Part shown: piece after piece, positions 44,333 through 57,880 of the stretch | Layout: each line of letters opens with the position of its first letter | Position numbering within the stretch: position 1 is the first letter of the stretch | Assembly (NCBI GenBank): GCA_964016885.1 | Contig: OZ024741.1 | Coordinates: forward strand, 339,140,001 to 339,204,000 | From: Eledone cirrhosa | Taxonomy: Eukaryota | Reading direction: 5' to 3' | Length of the DNA: 64,000 bases | The notes under the pieces: model-generated | The model's input: the letters and a program-made list of their open reading frames with translations, nothing else | Told to the model about the DNA's origin: nothing | The model's database searches: none | Translations under genes and position numbers: made by a program

Positions 44333-45684
44333 TAGATAATAAATTCTTAGCGTCCCCAATCCACCGCCAAAAAAGAGACCTTCCTTTCTGTCTCTATGTA
44401 TTCTGATCTAACTATCGCCAACTACAGAAAGCATTCTCAAAAGGAGAATGTCTAGTATAAATATATATGAATATATATATAAATATATTACAGGTAAGTA
44501 TGTTTTGAAAAAGCGAACGAGTTTGTAATTAGAAATAGAAGCTTTCGCCGTATTTTGACTAAATAAATTTTAGCCTGATAGTGGGGTTTAGAACCCTCAA
44601 AGAAAATTAAAATGATGAGTATATATGTATGTCTTCACAATATGGATACACAAACAAACACATATATATATTCGTTTAAGTTGTGTGGTTCAGCAATGGA
44701 TAGAACTGGTATTCCGTTTAGTTAACCATGATGTTTTAGTATAAAAAGCACAATACGTTACGCAATTCATCCATCGTTGATGTGGAATCGCGTGGCTGGT
44801 GTAGGAACGGAGTTAAATATTAGTTTGATTAAAAAAAAACATATATTTCAATGTTATGGGTATGCATATACAAGCACGTACACAAAAACACGCGCACACA
44901 TACAAAAACCCGCGCAACACCTATACCCGCACACATACGAATGTGCCCTGGAAATACTCTACGCCAATAACCACATCTGAGGCAATTTCGGCTTGTAAAC
45001 ATAAATTGCATAACACTTTCCTGTATTACAGCCCCACATTATACCCTAACGGATAGTACGAACAATACGCGGATAATTTACGTCTTGGTGTGGTAGCTAA
45101 GTATATTTTATGTTTATACCATTATTTATTTGTATAGGTAAGTATACATTACTCGTATGTTTTGTGAAGATACGTATACTTTTTCGTACGTATATTTGCT
45201 TGTATTTGTTATAGGTGTACATATTATATTATATATACTGGTACATGTGTATATGGTTATGTGTATATGTGTGTTTTTTGTTTGTGTGTGTATGCGTGTT
45301 TGCACGTATGTAAGGTGTGTATATGTGTACTTTGTGTTTTGGTTGACGTTGTTTGTGAAGATTTTTACTTGTAGGTATGTGGTTGCGTGCGTTATATACG
45401 CATTTATGTGTGTATATTTATATACGTTTATATAATTATATGTATACACACACACGCACATATTGTTTTTTATGTGTATTTGGTGTATACGTTCGTATGT
45501 GTGCGGGTACATGTTTCGAGCGGGTTTATGTATGTGTACGTGCTTGTATATGCATGCATGGCGGGTGTTTTCGCGTATGCATGTGTATGTACGTATATGG
45601 ATGCGTGTATGTATATATATAATTATTGTTGATTTCAATAACCTCTGACAGTTTCGTTCTACTAATTTATTTACATTATTCTTA

Positions 45685-45802
45685 ACTCTGAGTTCAAATC
45701 CCGCCGAGGTTGACTTTGCCTTTCATCCTTACGGGGTCAATAAAATAAAGTATCAGTAATGCACTGGGTATTTGCTGGCCTTGTGCCTAAAGTAGAAACA
45801 AT
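45685..45802 (+). mobile_element. 5'-truncated SINE family A with TSD
   Basis: ATTATTCTTAACTCTGA on both sides. Confidence 0.85.
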
Positions 45803-46120
45803 TATTCTTAACTCTGAAGCTGAGAATCATCCGATTTCCTAAATAGAATATTAGTCTACGACTTCATTTATACCATAAACGTGGTTTTGTCTTTGCGTGT
45901 AATTGTTCTCATCGCTCCACACAATGACGCATTATCTTCGCTTTTTTCCGTTCTTTGCCAGGGAACGTCTTCACGAACCAAAGTATCGTCTTCCTGTTTT
46001 TCCTCGGTTGCAACGTTTTTCGAAATATTTACTTCTGCGTTCACAGATTGATTTTTTTAGTTTCAGAAGATCCCGTTAAGGGTGAAAGCAGCGATTCTTT
46101 GCTTAAACTTTAATCTGTTA

Positions 46121-46549
<429 letters not shown>

Positions 46550-46681
46550 GTGAGGTTTTTTTTTACAAAATGAAAAATAACCGAGGTGTCCTACACGAGT
46601 GAAAGTATAAAGAAAAAAAGATGAAATCGAAAATGCAACTGGAGTCTTATTTAAAAAAAATATATATATATTTATTTGGTT

Positions 46682-46719
46682 CCTTTACCGGTTTCGCAGT
46701 TCTTCTGCTTTTCAAAAGT
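46682..46719 (-). ncRNA. Minimal hammerhead, U3-A8 variant, in PLE tail 46544-46748
   Basis: CTT TTGAAAA GCAG AAGAA CTGC GAAAC CG GTA AAG. Confidence 0.75.
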
Positions 46720-46828
46720 AGAGTTGAGATGGAGTGTCTGTGGTTTGTACATATATATATATATGTACACATATATATATATATATAAGAAATGTGTGAA
46801 ACGCAGCAAGGCGCGGGTAATTCGGCTA

Positions 46829-46912
<84 letters not shown>

Positions 46913-47163
46913 GTATGTGTGTGTGTATATATATATATATATACACAAATATATATATATATATATATATATGTAGATAAATCTACCAAAAGTTTACGGT
47001 AGTGTCCAATCCGTATGAAGAACTCAATGTAATCCGGATATCATGAAAAGAGAAGATGCATTCAAAAACTACTTTCGGTGAAAAATAAACGGAAAACAGA
47101 GTCAAGATAAATTAATAAAATAATGAATAAACAAAGAAACAGTTCCTTATATTAAAAAAAATT

Positions 47164-47303
47164 CATCATTTTACGATCGTTTCTAGGATATATATGTGTT
47201 AGAGTTGGTATGCATATTCTATAGATCTATGTACAATATTTATACAAACTATCAGTGGGAATATACATACCTACACATATATATGCTGTCTTCAGAAATA
47301 ATG
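47164..47303 (-). ncRNA. Hammerhead ribozyme with 105-nt stem II
   Basis: Reverse complement of 49291-49430. Confidence 0.8.
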
Positions 47304-47937
47304 ATATTTGTTTATTGAAAAAAACAAAGATTAAATACAGTTGGTCTGTTTGGGAACAGGTTTTGAATTGACCAATAGAGAGATAGTGAGGGTCAAGATA
47401 GTAATATAGTAGTAGAAGAACCTTAAATTATGGGTAGATGAAGGTAGATTTCAGTTTTGGATGGAAAAGAGTATTATGAATGAAGGATTATTTTAGGGAA
47501 AAAAATAGGTCGTATGCTGACCTCAGAAATAATTTTATTTGTTCATTGAATAAAACTAACCAAGATCTAATATATTCTGTCTGTTTGGTAAGAGGTTTAG
47601 AATTAACCAATAGAAAGTTAATAATTGGCCAAATGGTAAAATAGTAGTAATTGAAGCTTATTTTAGGGGTGAAAATAGGTCAGGTCAGTAAAAGGTATAC
47701 AAGCAGTTGCTGTTATAAAATAGTAATGCCAATGCAAATATCTAAGGAGACTAAAGTTTTACGATAAGAGTGTTAGTGAAAAAACTACATCTATGAAAAG
47801 AATATAAATTAATTTAATTGATGGGTATATTTATATTGATAAAATTATACTAATACATATAGATATGATAAATAAGAGTTAGATGCAGTTGAAAAGTGCT
47901 GTTAAAGATGAGGGGGAATTAAAAGAATATAAACATA

Positions 47938-48000
<63 letters not shown>

Positions 48001-48354
48001 CACACACACATATACATACATATATATATATATACACATACACATATATATATATATATACACGCATATATACATACATACATATATATATACACACACA
48101 TACACATTTACATATAATTATTGGGGGGGGGGGTTAAATTTATTAGTGAGAAATAATAAATATATATAGATTTCAAGGAACATAGATTCATAACCTGAAG
48201 TTAAAGCATTATATATGTTTACTTAATGGTATCAGTTTTAGGAAATGATAGTTGTAAGAAGGAAAGTAAAATTATGTAGTTCATCAGTAGTAGAATATTA
48301 ATTATAGGTTAACTAAATTAAAAACAGTTTATATATTAATTTCTAAAGTGTATA

Positions 48355-48846
48355 TTAATTAGGTTTATAATATTTAAAGGTTTTTCTCAGTTTATGATTA
48401 CACGATATTATTAATTCCTGTCGCTTATTTAATAGGATATCCTTAGATTTCATTATTTCAAAAAGTTCCTGGGAACATAATCTACATTCATATCTACTAT
48501 TTTGATAAGGGGTGGCCCTTTTGAGCACACTCCAGGTCAGGTCATAATCTATATTCCTCTTTCTATAACTATTAATTATTTCAGCTAGAGATGTTGTATT
48601 AGCTAGTGCGGCATTTTTAAAACTATGTTTGTGGGTATTAAATCTTACCTTAAATTTGTTAGAGGTAGCACCTATATATGAATAAATTGAGTCCTTAGTG
48701 TTAACTTTACATTTATATACTATGTTATTAACAAGGCAATTTCCTTTTAATGGACAGTTTGCCTTGTTTCTACAGTTACAACTTTTCGTGAATCCTGTAT
48801 CTGAGGAGATATTATGGTTAGTTTGATGTACTGGTGGTATACTCAT
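48355..48846 (-). pseudogene. PLE GIY-YIG endonuclease domain (CNCR..CPL..CL linker type)
   Basis: NIVYKCKV..YIGATSNKFKVRFNTH..CRLCSQE..LLNKRQE..CNH. Confidence 0.9.
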
Positions 48847-49290
48847 GGTTTTTTTTTACATTTATATGCATTATAGGCACTTATATTTTGTTTTATGTTT
48901 TTGGTTGTTGAGTAGGAGAATTTAACCGTTGATCTATTTAAAATTTGATGGTATTTGTGGTTTGGAAGTTTTTCTCTAGGATATTAAAGAATTTTTTAGG
49001 TATATTATCCTTAATTTGTAAATTAAATGGAGCATTATGCCAAGTAACTCGTCTATAAATTAAATGAAGCATTATACCAAGTAACTCGTCATAATGCATA
49101 AAATAATCCTTCATTCATAATACTCTTTTCCATCCAAAACTGAAATCTACCTTCCTCTACCCATAATTTAAGGTTCTTCTACTACTATATTACTATCTTG
49201 ACCCTCACTATCTCTCTATTGGTCAATTCAAAACCTGTTCCCAAACAGACCTATTGTATTGAATCTTTGTTTTTTTCAATAAACAAATAT

Positions 49291-49430
49291 CATTATTTCT
49301 GAAGACAGCATATATATGTGTAGGTATGTATATTCCCACGGATAGTTTGTATAAATATTGTACATAGATCTATAGAATATGCATACCAACTCTAACACAT
49401 ATATATCCTAGAAACGATCGTAAAATGATG
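49291..49430 (+). ncRNA. Hammerhead ribozyme with 105-nt stem II
   Basis: CATTATTT CTGAAGA [ATATATATGTGT/ACACATATATAT; GGTATGTATATTC/GAATATGCATACC] GAAAC GATC GTA AAATGATG. Confidence 0.82.
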
Positions 49431-49481
49431 AATTTTTTTTTATATAAGGAACTGTTTCTTTGTTTATTCATTATTGTATTA

Positions 49482-49531
<50 letters not shown>

Positions 49532-49571
49532 ATATCAGCCGGATGGCTGGAACAGGTAACAGAGTAAAAGA

Positions 49572-49660
<89 letters not shown>

Positions 49661-49664
49661 ATAC

Positions 49665-49700
<36 letters not shown>

Positions 49701-49795
49701 CTAACTTGACCGCTGCCACGTCACGATTCTTAGCCATTTTTGAATGTATTCTTGGCGCGATCACTTTGGAAAATTAATTGTCTAAATTTGAGCTA

Positions 49796-49873
49796 ACTTC
49801 CTGATGAATCCGGAGCTCTAGATATCGTATGTTATCGGATGTCTTAAAATGCGGACGAAACCATGGTAGAGGT
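49796..49873 (+). ncRNA. Hammerhead ribozyme with 49-nt stem II, in TA-flanked island 49701-50146
   Basis: ACTTC CTGATGA ATCCG..CGGAC GAAAC CATG GTA GAGGT. Confidence 0.88.
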
Positions 49874-50153
49874 ATTAAATATGTACACATTTCTTCTAGT
49901 TTATTTTACACCTAATTCTGTTTAGTTGACTGTATATCTGGTCGATTTATACATGCTGTAGAAATGTTCGATAAATACTCCGTCGCAACCACCGCGAAGG
50001 GGCTGCTTTCGGTTATTTGTCGGAGATTTCTTCATAGCCTTTATTCTTATAGCTTGGTCTAATTGATTTTTATATGGTTAATTATGCTAATTGGGAGAGG
50101 AAACGGTATATATTTTATCTAGTGATTCTATAGACATGTTTTATGATATATAT

Positions 50154-50210
<57 letters not shown>

Positions 50211-50266
50211 TATATATATATAAAATATATATATATATATAAAATATATATATATATATATATAAA

Positions 50267-50314
<48 letters not shown>

Positions 50315-50345
50315 AATATATATATATATACACATATATATATAC

Positions 50346-50390
<45 letters not shown>

Positions 50391-50889
50391 CGTGTCTGTA
50401 TGTGTGTTTACACACATACATGCATGTATGTATACGTATATATGTGTGTGCATGTTTATCAATTTAAGCCACACTGAGTACAATCCTACAAAATATCCGC
50501 TTCCCTTCTTTCTTTGCATGAGGTGGGTGTTGTTTTTGTTTTTTTCTTCCTCATCTATTTGCTGCCCTGTATCAGTACCATTGACAATAAAACGTTTGTT
50601 TTATGGCTTGTTTCAACATCTTTGATATCCAATACATGGTGTTAGTTTAAGCTTTCTTTCCTTCCTCAAACTCCCAATCTGCTGCCATTATACAATATAT
50701 ATTATTATTGTCTTTCTGTCTTACTCACTATTCTCTTTGATAATATATTCTCATGAGAATTTACTGGTTCTTTTATTGGTCAAATCCTGATGACAACTAT
50801 TTCTTCACTTTAACAAACACGCACACATATAGACATATACATACATACATATATATATATACACACACACACACAAATATATATATATA

Positions 50890-51591
50890 TATAATTTCAG
50901 TGAGATCGCATTTCGGCTGTGGTCAAAACCAAAGCGAAATGCAATTTTCGAGATATGCGGCAAGCGCTCAATGGACTAAAAGAAAACCAGAGCAATTAAC
51001 ATACGTTATAGAGGCCAGACAAACTGAAAACGGCGGTCATGAAGCTATCAGCCACCGGAGCCGAAAAAACGAAGCAAGCTAAACAGGTTAAACAAAAGAA
51101 TTTACTTGGACCTCCTGGAAATCGATGGTATAATCCAGTGGAAGGTTTCTGTGACATCTGCCTGCTTTCATAGTAAGATTTTGGTATAACAATTGAACAA
51201 GACTGCCATTTCGTCAACAGGTATTTTGTTCTCAGCCGGCGAGCGGGTTCCTAGCAGTAGTAGTGTTGGAGTGATTACCCCACGTGTTTACCCTGCGAGG
51301 GAGGTAAACCCGGTTTTGGCGGATGGATTCAGAATGTATAAATTTATTGCAAGTATTGCAAAAAACTGCACAAATCGAATTAAGCTCTCGACCGGGTTGT
51401 TTTTAAATAAACTTAAGCAATTAATTAGTCAATAGAATTGTCTAATAGAATTAACTAATTAATTGCTAGGCCCGGCAGATTAATACAAATATAATTTCAG
51501 CGAGATCGCATTTCGGCTGTGGTCAAAAACAAAGCGAAACGCAATTTTCGAGATATGCGGCTAGCGCTCAGTGGTCTAAAAGAAGACCAGA

Positions 51592-51594
<3 letters not shown>
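50890..51594. mobile_element. Unclassified TA-flanked element with terminal direct repeats of about 104 bp (600-bp period)
   Basis: 50891-50994 matches 51491-51594. Confidence 0.75.
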
Positions 51595-51654
<60 letters not shown>

Positions 51655-51664
<10 letters not shown>

Positions 51665-52180
51665 TGTAGTTCCTGTCTGTTTGTTAGTTTGTTTGCTCAC
51701 GAATTCCTCCCATGGTCTTGGAGATAGACCCCCATAACCGTATATATTCTGAAACTACATTGCTCAGGGTACTTGGATAAGTATATTTCATTTTAATCAA
51801 GGGCTTCCACGGGAGCACAAACCCCAATTGAAAACCCCCACTGAAAACTCCCGCTGAAAACTTTTTCCCTTCGACTTATATGAAATTTAAACCATAGGTA
51901 AATGACAAGATATGGTGCCTACTCACAAAAGTTTCGAATTGATATTTTGCAAAAAATTATTTACAAGAAACAAAATAAGAATAAGATTTAATAATGTAAT
52001 TTTGATTTGATATATAACAAAAAATCATGTTTTCCAATTTTTCATGCATTACATTTTACATTGAGTAATATTGAAATGCAGAGTTTTTCTCCATAAATTA
52101 TATCAGTGATTTAAAATCAATCATCATTTTCTTACAAAAGAAATGTATGAAACGCAGCAAGGCGCGGGTAATTCGGCTAG
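51655..52180 (+). mobile_element. Non-autonomous Helitron-like element
   Basis: 3' CGCAGCAAGGCGCG hairpin plus CTAG; the same end occurs at 46790-46829 (+) and 56709-56815 (-). Confidence 0.7.
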
Positions 52181-52253
52181 TATATATATATATATATACA
52201 AATATATATATATATATAAATATATATATATATACACATATATATAAATATAT

Positions 52254-52357
<104 letters not shown>

Positions 52358-52471
52358 TATATATATATATCAGCCGGATGGCTGGAACAGGTAAAAGAGT
52401 AAAAGAATATATATATATATATATATACAGATATATGTATATATACAAATATATATATATACAATATATAT

Positions 52472-52627
<156 letters not shown>

Positions 52628-52689
52628 TGTATGTATAGTATATTTGGCAATATACCGTATGTTTAATTAAAAACATTTAGAAGACCATT

Positions 52690-53460
52690 CGCTATTAATT
52701 TTAAAGTAGTGACTATGTCACTTACTTATATTTTCTGCAAAGGCAGCTAGTTGAAGAGTTGAGGGCCTTTGAACTCCATGCTATTGCAGTATCTGCTCCT
52801 TATTCTGGATGTGGAAGAAGGGACCTTTGGCACCACACAGTGACGTCCTCTCCGGGGGTTGGTACAGCTCTCAATGCCAAAGTTTGGTGCTAGTTCCTCC
52901 AGGATTTTCCATATGTATATCACTGCGTATCACTCCCGTCTTCGTTCCAAGGAGTAGAGTTTCAGTTCTATTAGCCTCTCCCAATAACTTATCTCCTTCG
53001 TCGTGGCGATCCTCTTAGTGTTGCTTTGTTGAATTGCCTCAAGCTCCGTAGTTAGATGATACTTTTGGGTGACCACAACTGGTAGGAATAGTCAAGGTAG
53101 CTTAGGACAAATGTCTTCCATAGTATCAATATTGTCTCTCGGTCTCTTGTAAGGAAAGTCCTCAACATCCAGCCAGCGAGTCGTCTGCACATTGTCACCA
53201 TCCTCATCATGTGTGAAGAAAAATATGCAACGTCGTTCATGTCTGTTCCCAGGTGTTGTGTTGATTTCGACACGGAAATTCCGATCCCTCCTGGTCCGGT
53301 GTAGCTGTGTTGTATAGTATTTATGTTTGCAGGTTGGCATTGGAGGGCTTCACATTTTCCAGCATTAATCTGCATGTTGTTGTTCTCAGCCCATATAATG
53401 TATGTACACATATATTGAAGTGCAATCTCACAATCTGTGTCACATGCAGGATAGGAAATC
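52690..53460 (-). mobile_element. CR1/L2-like LINE RT C-terminal fragment
   Basis: WAENNNMQINAGKC..GWMLRTF..FVLSYLDYSYQLWSP. Confidence 0.8.
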
Positions 53461-53502
53461 AATAGTAGCAATGAAATCGTGTTGAAGATACCTACGCTAA
53501 AC

Positions 53503-53650
<148 letters not shown>

Positions 53651-53653
53651 TAT

Positions 53654-53828
<175 letters not shown>

Positions 53829-53896
53829 AAAAAGGGATGAAATCGAAAATGCAACTGAAGTCTTATTTTTTTAAAAATATATATATTTATTTGGTT

Positions 53897-53934
53897 CCTT
53901 TACCGGTTTCGCAGTTCTTCTGCTTTTCAAAAGG
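53897..53934 (-). ncRNA. Minimal hammerhead, U3-A8 variant
   Basis: CCTT TTGAAAA GCAG AAGAA CTGC GAAAC CG GTA AAGG. Confidence 0.8.
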
Positions 53935-54447
53935 TGAGTTGAGATGGAGGGTCTGTGGTTTTTCTCACATCTGGTTGGTCTCTAAATGTTACTTGTTTTA
54001 TATGGAAAAACTGGCTCGAAAACCAGGTTTTTCGAGAAGTAATTTGATTGGTTTGTCAATAATTATAATAAATTTCGCGCCAGTTCGCGTTACAATAGTT
54101 CTTCAAATAAGAGAGGGGGGGGGGGGTTGTCACAGGTTGTTTTTTCATATATGAGTGTTTGAATTTCTTTTTACTTGAAAAAATGAGGCTCACGAAGGCT
54201 TTTTTTTGGTTGGTTATAAATGAAATTTGGCTGTCACGTGAACAAGTTTTCATTACATTTTTGCGCCCTTATTTGGAAAACTATTCTGTAGTCTATAGTG
54301 AATGTTATGACAATGGAGAGATAGTGGTCAAGGGAAAAGGGATTGGGAGAAATGTTCTGGTTCAGTGAATATGGCCAGCTGTCAGAGTTCAGGTGTCAGA
54401 GTTCAGATTTTCTAATGAGACTGAAGATATGTGTTTATTTGTGTGCT

Positions 54448-54480
<33 letters not shown>

Positions 54481-54973
54481 ATGTGTGTATTGGAAGATGA
54501 TTCTATTAGTAGAGATGGGGGAGGGAGTTGTGTGTGTGTGTATATGGGTGTTATGTGTGTGTGTGCGAGTATGTTAGATAGAGAGAATATATATTTTTTG
54601 TGTGTGTGTATATATATATGTGTGTAGGAAAGTGGTTCTATTAGTAGAAATGGGGAGGGTGTTGTAGGTGTGGGGGTTTTTATGTGTGTGTATGGGTGTT
54701 ATGTGTGTGGGAGTATGGTTAGCATGTTAAGATGAAGAGAATATATATATATATATATATATATATTGTGTGTGTGTATGTGTGTGTGTAGGAAAATGAT
54801 TCCTTTAGTAGGAATATTTTTGAATGAACATATTTTCCTGACTTTTTCGTGTTTGCTGTTGTATTGCCAGTGCAAACGTATGTTTAAGGTTTATTTAGTT
54901 CGGGTTTTTATTTTCTAAAGTAGGTGTTATGTGTGTGTGTGTATGTCATATTGTGGTGTTGACATAATGTATA

Positions 54974-55451
54974 TTAAACCTTATTTAATGTTGGTCTATA
55001 TTTTTGAATAAACATATTTTCCTTATTTATTCGCATTTGTTCTGTTGTATTGTTAGCGCAAAGGTAAAATGGGAAGACTTGGAATTTGGGTGTCTTATTA
55101 CTTGCGCAAATGTCTAGATGTGCACTTAGTGGTATTTGTCTCGTGGTTGGATCTCGTAATTGTTGGCGATGAACTGTCATTCTGTTTCTGAGTGTGAGTT
55201 TAGTTTGTCCTATATAATCTTCATTGCATCCTTTACATTTAATGGCATAAATTAGATTTTTTGATGAGCAAGTGAAGTGATTTTTTACAGTAAAATTTTG
55301 TCCTGATTTAAATGTATACGTGTTGCCTTCAATGAGGTGAGTGCAGGTTCCACAATTAGAGCGACCACATTTTTTGATACTTGGTTGTGGGTTTGTGGTA
55401 GGTAATTTGGCATTGGTGAATAATGTTTTCAGTGATTTTGGTTGTCTTTTG
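54974..55451 (-). pseudogene. PLE GIY-YIG endonuclease with Cys-rich linker
   Basis: CGRSNCGTC..CSSKNLIYAIKCKGC..YIGQT..LRNRMTVH..E..FI..PTLN. Confidence 0.9.
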
Positions 55452-56187
55452 CATAAAAACCCCCACACCTACAACACCCTCCCCATTTCTACTAATAGAA
55501 CCACTTTCCTACACACATATATATATACACACACACAAAAAATATATATTCTCTCTATCTAACATACTCGCACACACACACATAACACCCATATACACAC
55601 ACACACAACTCCCTCCCCCATCTCTACTAATAGAATCATCTTCCAATACACACATACACACATACACACAAGCACACAAATAAACACATATCTTCAGTCT
55701 CAATAGAAAATCTGAACTCTGACACCTGAACTCTGACAGCTGGCCATATTCACTGAACCAGAACATTTCTCCCAATCCCTTTTCCCTTGACCACTATCTC
55801 TCCATTGTCATAACATTCACTATAGACTACAGAATAGTTTTCCAAATAAGGGCGCAAAAATGTAATGAAAACTTGTTCACGTGACAGCCAAATTTCATTT
55901 ATAACCAACCAAAGAAAAGCCTTCGTGAGCCTCATTTTTTCAAGTAAAAAGAAATTCAAACACTCATATATGAAAAAACAACCTGTGACAACCCCCCCCC
56001 CCCCCCCTCTCTTATTTGAAGAACTATTGTAACGCGAACTGGCGCGAAATTTATTATAATTATTGACAAACCAATCAAATTACTTCTCGAAAAACCTGGT
56101 TTTCGAGCCAGTTTTTCCATATAAAACAAGTAACATTTAGAGACCAACCAGATGTGAGAAAAACCACAGACCCTCCATCTCAACTCA

Positions 56188-56225
56188 CCTTTAGAAAAGC
56201 AGAAGAACTGCGAAACCGGTAAAGG
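56188..56225 (+). ncRNA. Mirror copy of the U3-A8 hammerhead with a U4>A lesion
   Basis: CCTT TAGAAAA GCAG AAGAA CTGC GAAAC CG GTA AAGG. Confidence 0.65.
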
Positions 56226-56372
56226 AACCAAATAAATATATATATTTTAAAAAAAATAAGACTTCAGTTGCATTTTCGATTTCATCCTTTTTTCTTTATA
56301 CTTCCACTCGTGTAGGACACCTCGGTTATTTTTCATTTTGTAAAAAAAACCTCACTTTCTAATATATATATA

Positions 56373-56411
<39 letters not shown>

Positions 56412-56420
<9 letters not shown>

Positions 56421-56630
56421 ACAGGACTGGTGTAATTCCTACTAAACCCGGTCATTGATATGTTTATAGTATAATAACCCATTAAGGAATTACACCAGTC
56501 CAACCTCCTGTTATTTTATAATAATTAACTCCGTACTCGCACCACCTACAACACAAACGAAGACGGGTGAGTTGCATTACGTCGAGTGCTCTCGCTAATA
56601 TTACATCAAGGTTGATTATACGGTGGTGAA

Positions 56631-56633
<3 letters not shown>
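56412..56633 (+). mobile_element. Fold-back PLE-type tail island
   Basis: TATAAAATAACAGGA..CTGGTGTAATTCCT / AGGAATTACACCAG..TCCTGTTATTTTATA; CGTCGAGTGCTC shared with 61154-61165. Confidence 0.6.
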
Positions 56634-56708
<75 letters not shown>

Positions 56709-57188
56709 CTAGCCGAATTACCCGCGCCTTGCTGCGTTTCACACACAGACTTTTTTTTGTAAGAAAATATTGATTGATTTTAAATCAGTGATATAATTTA
56801 AGGAGAAAAACTCTGTGAGTCCGAGCTGAAGATCAGCATAAGGTTAAACAATTGTTCTCGGTATGATGAACTAACTGTTGTGTTACTACTTATATATATA
56901 TATATTGCTCTGATTATTTAATTTATTAATTCTTCATAGAGCCACAGAGTGACCGGTTGTAACATATATAACTTTATGTATATGTGAACCTTTATATTTA
57001 ATAATCTCCCGTTACGTTGAGATGCAATTTGGCGATATTTGGCTGCGCTTTCTAGCAACAAGCCTACCCGCCGTAAGCAACCAATCACATTCTTTCCAAC
57101 TTGACCACGACCATATTGTGATTCTAAGCCATTTTCGAATAATTTTGGGGCGATCGCTTTGAAATACTAAGTGTCTATTTTTGAGTTT

Positions 57189-57266
57189 GTCTCCTGATGA
57201 ATCCGAACTCTGTGGATTTCATATTAATTGGATATCTAAAAATACGGATGAAACCATGGTAGAGAT
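57189..57266 (+). ncRNA. Hammerhead ribozyme, diverged homolog of 49796-49873
   Basis: GTCTC CTGATGA ATCCG..CGGAT GAAAC CATG GTA GAGAT; island homology over 57098-57553. Confidence 0.88.
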
Positions 57267-57550
57267 ATAGTTACGGTATGTACACATTTCTTCTAAGTTT
57301 GAATTTACACCAAATTGTGTATGGTTGATTGTATATTTGGTCAGTTTCTACATGCTGTCGAAATGTTGGATAAATACTCTATTGAGGCCACCGCGAAGAG
57401 GCCACTTTCGTTTGTTTGTCGGAGATTTCTTCATAGGAGCCTTTATCCTTATAGCTTGGTCTAATTGATTTTTTATATGGTTAATTATGCTGATTGGCAG
57501 AGGAAATGGTATATATTTTATTTATCTAATAATTCTATAGACATGATTTA

Positions 57551-57599
<49 letters not shown>

Positions 57600-57604
<5 letters not shown>

Positions 57605-57880
57605 TCTTGGCTTGGCTTCGCGAACGAAGATTATGAAGAGGATGGAACACATTAACTGCAGGCACCCTCTTGGCTGTTCAGGCTAGGAAAGCATTGTTGC
57701 AGCGGCTGTAGCTGAATATCTGGTCAGGATGTGATGACTTGGTTTTATGGTTCTTCCTCCTGTGCCATTTGGCCTTGAGGGTAGCTCTATGGGCGTTTTC
57801 CAAAGAGAAGAGGGCATGGATGATGGTGAGACGTCAGGTGTTACGATTCTCAGTTAGTGTGGACCACCGGCGATAGGGTA
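57600..57880 (-). mobile_element. RTE (BovB-like) 3' end
   Basis: Ends ATCTTCGTTCGCGAAGCCAAGCCAAGATGAT; degenerate C-terminal peptide. Confidence 0.55.

Larger units (their letters stand above)
46972..49485 (-). mobile_element. 5'-truncated Penelope-like element with inverted pseudo-LTR
   Basis: GIY-YIG ORF; inverted repeat of about 385 bp at 47110-47495/49099-49485; TA flanks. Confidence 0.9.

Noticed and set aside
44490-44500. Consensus splice donor CAG|GTAAGT (also GAG|GTAAGT at 39918-39926)
   Set aside because: No credible upstream exon
51236-51280. Twister-like GGTTCCTAGC
   Set aside because: Could not build the P1 stem or pseudoknots by eye
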